This document shows positions 11,301 to 25,300 of a stretch of 64,000 bases of DNA, in pieces; position 1 is the first letter of the stretch, and each line of letters opens with the position of its first letter. The notes beneath the pieces were generated by a model. That model was not told where the DNA came from. It worked only from the letters and a program-made list of their open reading frames with translations, and did not search any database. Origin of the DNA: Anaeramoeba ignava BMAN (Eukaryota > Protista > Anaeramoebae); NCBI GenBank assembly GCA_028826165.1, contig JAPDFW010000127.1:85293-149292 (forward strand). Direction: 5' to 3'. The translations under genes were made by a program, and so were the position numbers.

Positions 11301-12539
11301 ACGCCATTGGCAGGAATTGGCGGAAACGTCGGCGTTTTCGATGTAAACAAGTTCGGACGAATAAAACCTAATCATCCAATAATTCGCGGACATTCGGGAG
11401 CAATAACGGATCTCTGTTTCTCGCCGCATAAAAAAAACTTATTAGCCACCGCGTCGGAAGACGGACATGTAAAGTTGTGGACAATCCCCGAAAATGGACT
11501 CACGACAGATCTGAACGACTCTACTGTCGATCTGTCTGGACACAAACAAAAAATCACGTTGATAAAATTTCATCCGTTAGCTGAAAATGTTTTGGTCTCA
11601 AATTCTGCCGATTGCACAATCAAGTTGTGGGATATCGAGAAGAACGATCCTGTTGTTTCATTATCGCACCACAACGACGTTCTCACAAGTCTCGAATTCA
11701 ATTATGAAGGTTTATTAGTTGCCACTTTGTCACTTGACAACCAACTGAGAATTTTTGATCCCCGAACAGAAAACATCGAGAACCAGACAAACGCCCATGA
11801 GTCCGTCAAAGGATCCCGCTTGTGCTGGCTGGGAGACACCGGATTCATTCTGACAGCAGGATATTCCAAAACAAGTTCGCGCGAAGTCATGCTTCATGAT
11901 CTCCGCAACTTTTCCTCACCACTAAAAAAAATCACAATAGACCAATCCGCAGGCATCCTCATGCCCTTCTTCGACCCAGGTTCTAACGTCATCTTTCTCG
12001 CAGGCAAAGGAGACGGAAACATCAAACTCTACGAACTGCAACAGGATGAAAAAACCATCCACTATCTCAGCGATTATCGCTCCAGTTCCCCTCAAGTTGG
12101 TGTTGCGGCCTTCCCTCTTTCTGCTAGAGATTTTGCTCAGGTAGAAATTGCGCGGTTCGTCAAGTTGATGGAGAATTCAATCGTGATATTGCATGCCAAA
12201 ATCCCTCGCACTCGTGCAGAATTTTTCCAGGATGATCTCTTCCCTCCTGTATACTATACAGACAAATCCCTTTTGTCTGCGCAAGAGTATTTCGAAGGGA
12301 GTGATGCCCAAATCTCAAAAGTTGATTTTTGTCCAAATGGTATGACAAAATTAAGTGATGCTCCTCAACAAGAAAAGAAAAAAGGTAAATATTCTTTTGA
12401 AGTAGAAAGTAAACAAGAAAAAGAACTTACTCGTGATTTGGTTCTTCAGAAAATGTATGAGAAAATTGATATGTATGCTGATTCTTCAAGTGATGAGGAT
12501 GAGAAAAAAGATGATTCTGATGATTCCGATTGGAATTAA
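8390..12539 (+). CDS. CORO7: Coronin-7 (tandem coronin, POD-1/CRN7 type), 4 exons (8390-8536, 8599-8763, 9710-10450, 10812-12539)
   Basis: N-terminal [13 protein letters not shown] coronin signature, two WD40 coronin propellers ([30 protein letters not shown]) and an acidic C-terminus ending DDSDDSDWN. The exons splice in frame. Confidence 0.93.
8764..9709 (+). repeat. Coronin intron 2 filled with the 12-bp unit TTTATATCAA(T/A)A
   Basis: Tandem 12-mers from the donor GT (8764) almost to the acceptor AG (9708-9709). Confidence 0.92.
10451..10811 (+). repeat. Coronin intron 3 filled with (TTTTAA/TTTTGA)n
   Basis: GT at 10451, AG at 10810-10811. Confidence 0.88.
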
Positions 12540-12559
12540 ATAAATCAATACTCAATCCA

Positions 12560-13220
12560 AAAACAAAAACAAAAACAAAAACAAAAACAAAAACAAAAAC
12601 AAAAACAAAAACAAAAACGATTTAAAATTCAAACAGAAAATAAAAAAAAATTTAAAAAGAAAATAAAAAGAAAATTTAATTTAAAATTTAAAAAAACAAA
12701 AACAAAAAAAAAGAAAAATTTAATTTAAGATTTAATTTAAAAACGATTTAAAATTCAAACAGAAAATAAAAGAAGATTTAATTTAAAATTTAATTCAAAA
12801 TTCAAAAAGAAAATAAAAGAAAATTCAATTCAAAATTCAATTCAAAATTCAAAAAGAAAATAAAAGAAGATTTAATTTAAAATTCAATTTAAAATTCAAA
12901 CAGAAAATAAAAGAAGATTCAATTTAAAATTCAAACAGAAAATAAAAGAAAATTTAATTTAAAATTTAATTTAAAATTCAAACAGAAAATAAAAGAAAAT
13001 TTAATTTAAAATTCAATTCAAAATTTAAAAAGAAAATAAAAGAAAATTTAATTTAAAATTCAAACAGAAAATAAAAGAAAATTTAATTCAAAATTTAATT
13101 TAAGATTCAAACAGAAAATAAAAGAAAAATTCAATTTAAAATTCAATTTAAAATTCAAACAGAAAATAAAAGAAAATTTAATTTAAAATTTAATTTAAAA
13201 TTTAAAAAGAAAATAAAAGA
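12560..13220. repeat. Intergenic minisatellite: (AAAAAC)n followed by ~35-47-bp units with core TTCAAACAGAAAATAAAAGAAAATTTAATTTAAAA
   Basis: More than ten degenerate tandem copies between the coronin stop and the RNF213-like start. Confidence 0.8.
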
Positions 13221-13360
13221 CGATTAAAAAAAAATGGAAGATTTATTCTCCTTTTCTTATTTTTGAATTTTTCTTCTCCTTTTCTTTTTTTTTTTCTTCT
13301 TCAAAATTTTTTTTTTTCCTTTTTTTAATTTTATTTTTTTTTTTTCATTTTTTTTTTAAA

Positions 13361-16300
13361 ATGAGTTCTAAAAAAGTAAAATTATTAATTTGGTTAATAA
13401 TTAATGAAAAATTTATAAAAAACTTGGAAAATATTCAAGTTTTTATAAATTCTAAACATAAGACAGAATTTAAACAAAAAAGTAAAACAGATTCAATTTG
13501 GTTTTGTGAAACTGAAATTGAAATGGAAAAAGAAAATAAAGAAAATAAAGAAAATAAAGAAATAAAAGTAAAGAAAGTAAAGAAAGTAAAGAAAGTAAAG
13601 AAAATGAAGATCAACCCTTTCAAAAAAACATCAAATTTATAATAAAAGCTCAAAAAAATGATCTTAAAGAAAAAATTCAATCTGCAAATTATAAAATTAT
13701 TGAAACTAATCCTCATCAAACAATCTTTTATTTTTTCCAATTTACTAATGATGAAAAAAAAACCGAAATGTTGAATACCTCATCTATTTTGAAATTCCTT
13801 AATATAATTCTTTTCTCAAAAAAAACAAAAATCCTCAAAGAAGATATTTCTAAAAAATGGGAAATTGTTTCTGCTTTATTCCAAATCAAAAAACCCCAAA
13901 AAGTAGAGTTTTATGATTGGATCAAAAAATTAAAAATTACTCAAAATACTCAAATATTCTTATTGATATCTTTAATCTCAAAAAGATTCAATCTTAAAGT
14001 TGCCCAAAACTTGTTATTCGGTTCAAATAAACCAGAAAATAAATTCCAAGATTTAACTGAACTCACTTTTGAATTCTTTTCTCAAGAAAATCAAGAAATA
14101 GAATCACTCAAAACCAGTTTCAAAACAACAATTTCTAATATTTGTAGAAAATCAAAAAAAGTGGATTATGTCAAATTAGTTCCTTTTTATTTAATGCTTA
14201 AAAAAATGCAAATCAATCATAATTTCCAAGTTTGCTTGAAATCTCAAGAATTAGCACCAAATTTTATCATTTTGTTAAATGTCACTTTCCTCAATAAATC
14301 TTTCTTGGATTTTTTTAACATTTCACTATTCACATCAATTTTTGGAACAGATTTTCATTCAACAAAAGCTTACGAACAATTTCTTCTTAAACTTGTTTCA
14401 CATTTTGAAATAATCAAAAATATAGAACTTTATTTATCTGTTGATAATTTCCTCAAGCTTTTTGATAAACTAAAGTTCAATGATATGAATAATTTTTTTA
14501 GTTTTTGGAGTCCTTTTTATATCCATGTGAAAAAAATCATAGAACAAAATAAAAAAAAAGTAGATAAAAGAATGACAAAAACTTTCAAACAAATATTAAA
14601 AGGTTCTAGATCTACTAGCAACACTATTTCTTCAGAAAAGAAAATAGAACTTCTTCAAATTGAAGAAATTATTATGAAGAATTTCTCTGATCAAAAATTT
14701 CAATCAGATCAGGATATTCTTATATTGGTTAATTTTGCAAATCCCGATATTATTTCTCATATTAGCAAATTCTCCACAAATCTTTTTAATTATTTTTCTT
14801 CAGAAATTACCAAACTTTACAAAAAAGTTGATAAAGATTCCATTCTAGATAATGACAAAATAATAAAACATATCCCTTTCGTTCAAATTCAATGCAAAGA
14901 ATGGCAAGATTTTTCAGGAATAGATCCTCAAAATATAAATTATCAAAGCTCTTTCTCTTCATTAATTCCTGAATTTAAAACATCAGGAAAAATTCCAAAA
15001 TTATCTCAATCATTCCTTTGGTTTAAAAAATCTCAAAAATTAATCAAAGATTGGTCAACAAAAAAAATCCCGTTTTTAAAATTACTCAACGAATATAAGG
15101 AAAATCTCTTGAAATTTGCTGGGAATTTGTCTTCTTGTTCGTGCACATTTCAGGATTTCTCAATCTTTTCTCAATATAAAACCGATTATCAAAATCTTTT
15201 CAAATCTTTATTAATAAAAGATTTGAATTTCGAAAAGGCAGAATCAATTTACAATCAAATACAATCCAAATCAAAATGTTTATCTGATTTCGCTGATTTT
15301 TATTTACCAGAAACAAACGAAATGTGCCAAAAAATTCATAATGAATTCATATCTAAAGCTAAAACTATTGAAACAGAGCAAAAAAAACTAAGTGATTTCG
15401 ATCCCTCTTTTTCTGATTTCGAGATTGATTTCGATCTTTTGAAATGGATGAATACTCTCCAAACATCATCAATCTTCTGGAATTTGTGGAATTCCCAACT
15501 CCAAAAAACTTCACAAGAAAAACCTATCAAAATCGAACAACTCAAAACTAAAATTATTAAAAACACAAAATCTGAATGGGATCAAATCCATAAATCTATT
15601 ACTGATCAATCTATTAAAATCTCCAAATTGGATTTACTTTTTTCTGAAAACATTAATGATAAGACCTGGATTCAAAAGGAGATTAAATTCCTCAATCCAA
15701 AATATAAAAATGAAAAATCCATAATAAAAAAATCCAAAAATGAAAAATCCAAAAATGAGAAATATCTTGAAGAATACCTGAAAGTAAAAGAAATTCAACT
15801 TTTTCTGCTATCTTTCTTTAAATTTTGTGAAAAATATTCCTTCGAAAATAACCAAAACAATTATCAAGATTTATTCTCAAATTGGGATAATTGGACTCTT
15901 AGCGATACAACATTAATATTATCAAATTTAAATCAGGAGTTCGGTTCTGTTGAAAGTTCTATTATCACTTTTTTCCAGAATTTAATTGAAATCAAATATC
16001 AAGAAAACACTTCAAAAACAGAATATTTATATAATACTGATTTACTTGATTTTCTCTTGCAAAAAAAATACCAAAATGACGAACTCTTTTTTTCAGAAAT
16101 TGATCCAGATAGGATGGAAGATGGAATATACAAGGAAGCTGTGCAGCAATTAATCAATTTAAGAAAAAGAATGAAAGCATACTTGTATTCTAATAATACA
16201 TACAAATCAAAAAAGTATCTCTTGCAAATCATTTCCCATGAAGAAGCAAGATTCAAATCTTCCTCTCATCAAACTTCATTTTCCTTAATTCGTAATTCCC

Positions 16301-19300
16301 TTCCTGGTATTAAAGAATGGATTCAATCACAAAAAGAATCATTCCAAACAAAAGCAAAAAGAAATATTACCAAAATATTTTCTGAAGGATCTACATTTCT
16401 ATTTCAGTCTTCTATTACCGAAAACAAAACATTTATTTGTGAAACTTCCCAATCTGAGAAATTTACATTTGATGATTTCACAGATTTTTATTCTTTTTTC
16501 CATGATTTCGACTTTAATCAAAATTCAATTCAACCCCAAAATATCAAAAAAAACAAAAGCAAAAAAAACAAAGACAACAACCAAAATATAAAAAAAAATA
16601 AAGAAAATAAAGAAAATGACAAAGAACAAATAGAGGATTTTCTTGATTCGTTTAAATACATTGAAAAATGTACGGAACTTCTTTCTAAACTTACTTCAAA
16701 CTCTCATTTCAAATACAAAAATTACTCTCATAAAATTCCAGTCAATAAATCCAAAAAATATAAACAAGATTTGAATAATTTCCAAATTAAATTAGAACAA
16801 GATTTGACAGAATGGAAAAAAACAGTAAATGAAATTTTTGTAGGATTTCCTTTTCTTTCTTTCTTTTCTCAAGAACAAATTTTGGGATTTTTACACATGA
16901 TTCAATCTTTTTTTGATAAACAACAAAACTCTTCAAATTTGCTCAACTCAAACGAAAAAGAAGATTTCATCCAAATATTAAAACTTTATTCAAAATCACT
17001 CACAGTTGAAATTATTGAAACAGAAATCAAAAAAACACAAAATACAAATTCTGAATTCAAAGAATATGCCAAAATCTTAAACGATATTTTGCAAAAACAT
17101 TTCGATCCAAACAGAACAATCAAAATTGAAGATGATAATCTATTTGAGAACCACATTTACAAAGAGGCAAACAAGGAATTAAACAAACAATTCAACAAGA
17201 AAAGCGGCAAAGTTACAGATCCAAAAATTTTCGTTCATTCTTCAAAAAATGAATTGAATGTTTATGATATTGTTTGCACTTTCTATTATATATTTTCTCG
17301 CAAATTCCCATTAAGGGAACAAGTACTAATTTGCAACGAAGAAACAACAGAAGGAGATATTTCCCAATTCTTGAAAGTTTACGAATTTTACAACTTAGAT
17401 AGAAACATACAAACAAATCAAAACACACACTCTTCTCTATTCTCCATTGTTCATGCAAACAGACTCTCAAAAAAGAAAGCAAATTTCCTCATTTCAAGTA
17501 TCCATTCTATATCCTTTGATACCCAATTCCCATTGGTCATTTTTTGCTCAGGTAGTGACTATCTAACTAAAAACTTACTTTATGCATTTTCTACAGGAGA
17601 AGTTAAAAACACAGATATAGAACCAATCCACAACAATGAACTCAAAAAGTTTATGAAAATAAACCCATTTTCACAAAGAATGAAAGTTTTCACATCAAAA
17701 CTTGCTGGATTTGGCAAAACATTCCGCATTCGCCAAGTTTGTTACAAAGAAAATCCTTCATCAAACTATCACCACATTGTTGTTACATCAGAAAAAAAAT
17801 CTGAAATTATCAAACAGATTATTGATAAATTGGCCAATCATGAAAAAAAAGATATAATTTATTTTCATATTGAATTTCCTTATTCACCAAAAAGTACAAT
17901 TTCTGATTATATTTGGACTCTTCTAATGTGGGGATCAATAGAAGACAAAAGATCTTTCTCATCCATAAATTCTGCATGGAATATACCAGAAAATGTTAGA
18001 TTGATGTTTGAAGTTCCAAGTCATAGAACTGAAGATTCTTTGCAGGGACTTAAATTCTTTCCTCCTCTTAAATACTTGGAACAAAATGAATGTGAAGTCA
18101 ACTCAAAATCCTTTTCTTTTAATTCCTATTCTCCAACAAATAATGGCATAATCGTAAAAACAAAGGATTGGGATCTGATTTATGTTCGAAATTTATTTAA
18201 ATTTTATGACCAAGAATTTGAGATACTAAGAGGCAAAAACAAAGAAGCTCGTATTACAATTTTCAAAGATATATCAGATCTCAAATCCAAAGAACAAAAA
18301 GAAGCAGCCAAAAAAACATTCTACAAAAAGAGCAAAAAATTTATTTACGAAGTAAATAAAGATGAAGAACTAACTTTTCGATTACTTGCAAACTTTTGGA
18401 GAGTCTTGAAATCTCACATTCATGCTTTGATGTCTTATAATTTTCTTAATCCAAATATGGGGAAAGAGTTGTTCAATAACGAATCAATGGGAAAACTATT
18501 CCTAAAGCAATTCATAAAAGCCTATTTCTCTTCCGTTTCAAAAATGATTGCTCGCTCATTTGATTGGACAAATACATCTCCAGAATCTGGATTGACAGAA
18601 CTAGAAGATTTATGTAATACGTTCGATAAGGCTCTTCCTTGGGAAAAAAGAGATCTTTTTATTATTCTTTTTGTAATTTCAATAACCAAAACAAACGATC
18701 AGAAAACATCTGTAAACTTAAGTGGAATTAATCTTCTGGGAAGAGATGAAAACGAAATGAGAAATTGCTTCGATACCAAGTTACATAAAACATTAGAAAA
18801 AAATGGTTTTGTTTTCCACAAATCTCTTCCTCCAGATTCAATTATTAATGAGTACGAGAAAGCTTTTTCAGCTCTCAATTCATTATCCTTCAAAAAATTT
18901 GATTTCAAAAAATTATCCAAAGAACATCAAGAAAACAAATCAAAATATACATTCACAACAGATAACTTCTTGAAGATGATATTTATACAATACAAATTAT
19001 TTGCAAGACTGCCTGTGATTTTGCTTGGAGAAACTGGATGTGGAAAAACTTCCTTAATTTCATATTTGTGTGAAACTGTGATGAACCAAAAACTAAAACT
19101 TCTTACTATTCATGGCAAAATCAAGAGAAAAGAAATCTTTAATTTTGTAGAAAATGCCCAAAAAGAAGCTGAACAAATAGGTGAAAAGATTGCAATTTTC
19201 TTTGATGAATTCAATACAGCTCCCAAAAAATGTCTTATGATTTTAAAAGGTTTGTTTTCTGATCGTATTCTCAATGGAATTCCCATTTCTGACCAAATTT

Positions 19301-22300
19301 ACATTTTTGGAGCTGCTAATCCTTATCGTTTGAGAGAAGAGAAAAGTGAAAATGATGATTTCTTAACAGATGAAGGATTGGCGTTCGATTACGGAGAAAG
19401 ACAAGAGGAAATGAAACTTTTAAGAAGAGCCGTATATCGTGTTCATGCAATTCCAGATTCGTTTTTCGATGATATTTTTGATTACGGAATACTATCACAA
19501 AACTCTGAGCAAAGATACATTGAGAAAATGATCCAAAACTCCTTTTCTGAAATTGATGCTAAAAAAAATCAAATTGTTACAAACAGAGAAGCAACATTCA
19601 TTTTGCTTTCTCGAGTCCTATTCGAATGTCATAATTTTCTTCGAGAAAACTCAAACGACGAACGCAGCGCTGTTTCTTTGAGAGACACATCAAAAGCGCT
19701 CAGAATTTTCAAATGGTTACTAACAGAAAAAATTGGAAATTTAATAATCGATTCAAAAAACCCCAAGGAAAAACTCGTAAATGCTTTTATCGTTTCATTA
19801 TTTGTTTGCTTTGGATGCAGATTTAATACTGGAGTAAGGATTGATTTCTACAAAATGATTGAAAAGAAAATATCAACAAATGACAGTAAATTTTCTGAAG
19901 GTAAAATTATTTCAGATGTGATCGCAAAGTCACAGGATAATCTTATAAAAGAATTAAATATAAATTTCAAAAAATGGACTGTTGCTTTAAATCAATCACT
20001 AAGAGAAAATTTATTTTTGATCTTCTTTTGTTCATACACACAAATCCCATTGTTCTTGGTCGGTAAACCTGGCTCATCAAAATCAATTTCAATAGAGATT
20101 TTAATGCAAGAATTAGGACCACCAAAATCTACAAAAAAATTTTTAGAAAAATGGAATCTTCCTTCTTTAAAACCGTTTTATATTCAGTGCTCACCAATTA
20201 CAACAGCTTTGGGAATCACTAAAATATTTGAGCAAGCTAGAAGTTATGCATCACATTTGGATCCAGAAAATGCTCTCAGTGTTGTTATTTTGGATGAAAT
20301 TGCACTAGCTGAGTTGAGTCCAGATCTTCCATTAAAAGTTCTTCATTTTGAACTTGAAAAGGTTGATAAAAAAATAATGAACCAAGAAAATTTAATAAGC
20401 CAAAAAAACGAACCTTTAGTTTCTGTTCTAGCTGTTTCAAATTGGCAATTGGATCCAAGTCAAACAAATCGAGGAATATTATTAAGAAGAGTTGATCCAA
20501 ATTCATCTGAACTTTTTTCAACAGCTCTCCAAATTCTCCGCTCTTTTGATAAACGTTTCCCAAAAAATTTTGCAGAGAAAATTTCTAGTGTTTATGAATT
20601 GATTTTCAGAACTCAGATGAGTGAATTCCAAATGTCAAACATGAAACAGAGCCAATCCCAAATACAAAACAACGATCCAAGAAATTATTTTGGATTGAGA
20701 GATTTTTACTATTTTATCAAGATGATCGGCTTTAATTTCGCAAATAACAAAATCAAATATGATGATCCTTATATGATTTGGAATGTTATTTACCGCAACT
20801 TTGGATCAAAACCAGATTTTATTGGGAATCTCAGACCAGAAATTATGAAAATTTTCAACTTTAGTAGTATGCCTAAACCTCCTTCAGCTTTATCACTTAT
20901 GCAACAGAACTTATCATTATCTATTGTTGATCAAAAGCGATTTCCTGATGCTAAACTTCCCCAAAGTATTTTAAATCATCCACAAAAGTTTTCTCGACAT
21001 CTAATGATATTGCCAGACAGGGCATCAATTCTTCCGTTAATTCTTTCTCAAATAAAACGGAAATATATTGTTATTTTTGGTTCTTCTTTTGCTGAAGATA
21101 AAAAAGCACTTAGAATCATCCAAAATCTCAAAAAAGTTGAAAAGGCTGTTACTGAAGGCAAAACCATTGTTTTATGCTATAATGAACAACTTTATGAGCC
21201 TCTATATGATTTATTGAATCAGAATTATATTCAAGAAGATGATAGATTGTTTGCTCGTATTTCATTTGGGCATATTACCCAAAACATTTCCATTAATCAA
21301 AACTTCAGGATTATTACTATAATTGATAAAACTCGAGCATATGAAACACAATCTCCTGCCATTTTGAACAGATTTGAAAAGCAGCTTGTTTTACCTGAAG
21401 ATTTCATCGTGCAAAAAGAATTTATCTCATTTCTAACTGAGCAAACTACTAACCTCAGCAATATAAAAAAATATACAAAATTCAGAATCAGTAATAAGAA
21501 TTTGATCATCAATTATCACGAAGATCTTTTGTCATCACTTGCAGTAAAATTAAAAGATGATAATGGAGTTGAAGAGAAGATCAGAAAAAAATATAAAAAA
21601 AGCAAAAATATCGAAAAGAAAGTAATTGAGGAGAAAAAGAAATATGGTGAGAAGTGTTGGATTAGACTTTGTAAAACAGAGAAGATGATCCAGCTTTTTG
21701 ATATCATTTCAAATGAGAAATTAGAAGAATCAGAGAAAACATTTCTTCAAAATATCTGGAATACTTTCGAAAGTCAATATTGCTACAACTTTTCAGAACT
21801 TTTTAAAAAAGAAATATCAAAATACAAAATCAAGAACTGCGCCATTTTAACTTATTCATCATACACAAACCAGAAAATTGATATACCAAAAGAATATAAA
21901 TTGGAAGAGATTGATCTCTCAAATTATACAAGTGATACTGAATTGAAAAGAGATTTAGAAGATAATTGGTACAACCAAATTAATAATAGCAAATTTATTT
22001 TGGGAGTTCATCTGAATCTTGCTGAAAAAGAATCATTAGAACTGTTTTATCAAACAAAATATCTGATCGAAAGTATGATTGAAAGGAATTCCTCCAAAAT
22101 AGACAACCAACATAGTATTGATGAATCTGAGAACAGAAGTTATTTATTGAAAACACATAATTGTTATATTGTTTTTTCCTCCATTTACCACCAAAACAAA
22201 CAAGTAATTCATTTTACTATTGTTTTGAAAACGATTGGGAGTTTTATTACCTGGATGAATTGGAACAAAAATACAATTTTGATTTGATTAAATTGAAAAA

Positions 22301-25300
22301 GGAAAACTGGGATCTTAAGGATATTCTTAACAACTTCCAAAACAATTTCAAAGAATTTATTACACAAATTTTTCCAGTTTCAATATCTCAATTTTCAGAT
22401 CCTTTGAACCCAAATTATTCTCAAGAATTTCAAGAATTGGATAAATTGTTGAACACTAATGACCAACTTCAAAAAATTATTTTTAACAACATTTTAAATA
22501 TGATCACTGAAGGAAATGAAAAAGGTTTGGAGTTATATAAATGGGACATAACAACTATTATATCGAGTTATAATCAAAATGTCTCAGTTTCAGAGTATGT
22601 ATTTAATATCTTCATAGAAAAAATTACACGAATTTTCGCAATATTACTTAACAATTTGAACCGAAACGAAAATTCTAGACTAATTAAAGAAAATGAGATT
22701 ATCAGAGATATTTGGTTTTCGATTGTGAGTGAATATCAAATTCCTTTTTATGATATTTTCATTCTAAATCAGTTCAAAAAAGCAGAATTCCCATTTTCAT
22801 TTTTAATATATTCATTAATTGAAGATTTTGGATCAGTTCCCAAAGAAAAGAAATATCTAAGGAATATTATCAACATTCCATTCAGTAAAATTAAAACTTT
22901 TAAAAGCAGTAATAATGATAATGAAAATATTGATAAAAAGATTATCAAAGATATTGTTATTCGATATTTCCATGATTTTCTGAAGATTTCACTAGGAAAT
23001 CAAATTGAAAAAATTCAAGAAGTTCAAAATCATTTAATTAATGCAATTGAAGGATTTAATAACCAAAAAATTATTGACATTTCATTGAAAAGAATTCACT
23101 CAACATTTTCTGAAAAAGTTAAACCTCATTTGCAAGATATACTTTTACTTCATAAATATTACAGCTTATTAATAACACAAGATGAATCATCGCAAAGAAA
23201 AATTCCAAAATCTAAAAAAAAGCATTTCTCTATCTTTTCACTTCTTCAAAATTATTTTAAAGCTTTAGAAAACACATATAAAAAAGGAAATCTAGAAAAT
23301 AAGAAATATTTGTGTGGAATCATTTCCGAATCAATCCCATTTGTTCAAAATTTGATGATATCACTTACAAATCAATCAAAAAAAGCAAATGAAATCAGCT
23401 CTTTAAGTGATCACTGGAGTAGAGTTTTGATACTAAGAAATGTTTTTATTTGTTTCCTTGTTCCTTTTGGGAAAGAGTTATCAATTTCTTCACAAACAAC
23501 AAGCCTCCTATTTTTGGAAAATAATGAAAATAATGAAAATAATGAAAATACAAATATTGTTGATCATTTTTTTAATGATATTTGGGGTGAAATTGAAAAA
23601 AAGTTTGTTTCTTTCAAGAAAGATTCAGTTCTAAAATATATTGAAATGATTGGAGAAAATCCGAAAAAAAATAAATTGAAAAACATTTGCTTTTGCGAAA
23701 ATAATAACCATCCAATATTAACAAATGAAATTAAACAAAAGAAGCCTTATATCTGTTCTTGTTGTCAAAAAGAATATAAAAGTAAATCAAAACATTACGA
23801 AAAAGCAACTGCAGAAAAAATAAGTAATTATAAACAAAAATTGGCCAAGTTTGCGAATTATTCCTCATTTTTCTTGGAGAACTTTGGCAAAATTTTATTC
23901 CAACAAATCTTGATTAAATTTTATTTGAAGGAAAAATTAGATCAAATTAAAGGAAATTTTGTTAAATATATAGATAATTTACTTAAAGATACTTCCAGAG
24001 TTACACCTTCACTATTTAATTCTTTAATTAGAGATTTTGTGTTTCCACCAATAGAAGATCCGGAACTAAGGGATTTGCTTATGGATATTCTTAATATTTT
24101 TTTAAACAAAGTTGATTTATCAGAACAAAATATTAATAACATATTTGGAGCTTCATGCTTACAAATATTGATAAACCAAGATTCAAATGAAGAAATTGAT
24201 CAAATAGAACAAATCATGGATACTATCAACATTAATGAACTTCTTCCAGAAAAGAAATACACTCTAAGAAAAATTTATAGAATCGCTAATTTTAGGAAAC
24301 TTCTTATTGAAAATACAAAGAATTTTGTGAAAAAAAATCAAGAATTTTTTCAGAAAAAAGAAGGAAAAAAATGGATTATGTTTTTATTCAGGTTCATATA
24401 TCATGAAAAAGGTAGTGCAGAATTAACTCGATTTGCTGCAGAAAATCTTCATTTTCTCCGAAAGAATATTAAAGAGGTTGGGGATATCATTAGTATAGAC
24501 ACTAATGCTTTTAATTGTGAAGTTATCATCCCAAATTTGAAAAATGAAGAAACTTTAGTTAAACATTTCCAAAACAAAATTATGGGGATTCCCAACAAAA
24601 AAGAGTACAAATCAAAAGTTTCTTGTTTACAATTTGCTTTTGATTTTAGTGATACGATTCAAAACACAATTAAAGATGTTGGAATAATAAGATTGCTTTT
24701 CCATACATTAGAAATTGTTAATAGTATTAATTTTGAGCCATTAGTAAAATTAGTTTCAATAGAAATTACAAGAAATTCTAATGAACCAACAGCCAAAAAA
24801 ATGATAGATAAATTAAGCAGTATTTATTGGCCTAGCATGCCTGAACATCCTTATTTGCAAAGCTTCCACAAACAAAAAAAGCATTGGTGGATTTGTCCCA
24901 ATAAGCATCCCTTTTATATTGATGGATGCGGGAAACCAACAGTGATTAACAATTGTCAGACCTGCGGCGCAAGAATTGGAGGGATTAAACACAAACCTAT
25001 TGAAGGAACAGTACGAGCTACTATTGAAAATTTCCCAGAATATTTGGGTTACTCACATTCAATTTTTCCAATCGATGAATCATTAAATGTTCGAATATTA
25101 TCTCCAATATCATATTTAATACTTAAAATTATGACAATTTCTTGTGTTCTTTCTTTAGCAACCATAAATGATTCATTTGCGGATAATTTTTCTTTGATAA
25201 TCAATCCAGAATTAGAAAAACCTGAAAATAAAACTCAAATTATTGGTAATTTCTTGAAAATTATTAATAAATCAATTTCAATAATGAAGAATATTCTCAA

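Noticed and set aside
9813-12348. Multiple antisense and alternative-frame ORFs over coronin (and likewise over the RNF213-like gene, ACC and RhoGEF)
   Set aside because: They are short shadows of real coding exons with no recognisable motifs.
12620-13220. CRISPR-like array of ~35-47-bp repeats
   Set aside because: There are no unique spacers, the units are degenerate tandem copies, no cas genes are present and the context is eukaryotic. It is a minisatellite.
22150-22170. THNC motif near the end of ORF 13768..22287, resembling an intein C-terminal splice junction (HN|C)
   Set aside because: No upstream intein N-terminal block or LAGLIDADG motifs are visible, and the region is collinear with RNF213-like sequence on both sides.
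22161-22287. Programmed ribosomal frameshift joining the two RNF213-like ORFs
   Set aside because: One extra T in the 6-T run at 22172-22177 restores the frame, there is no in-frame X XXY YYZ slippery heptamer, and similar homopolymer slips occur in several unrelated genes. A sequencing error is more parsimonious.
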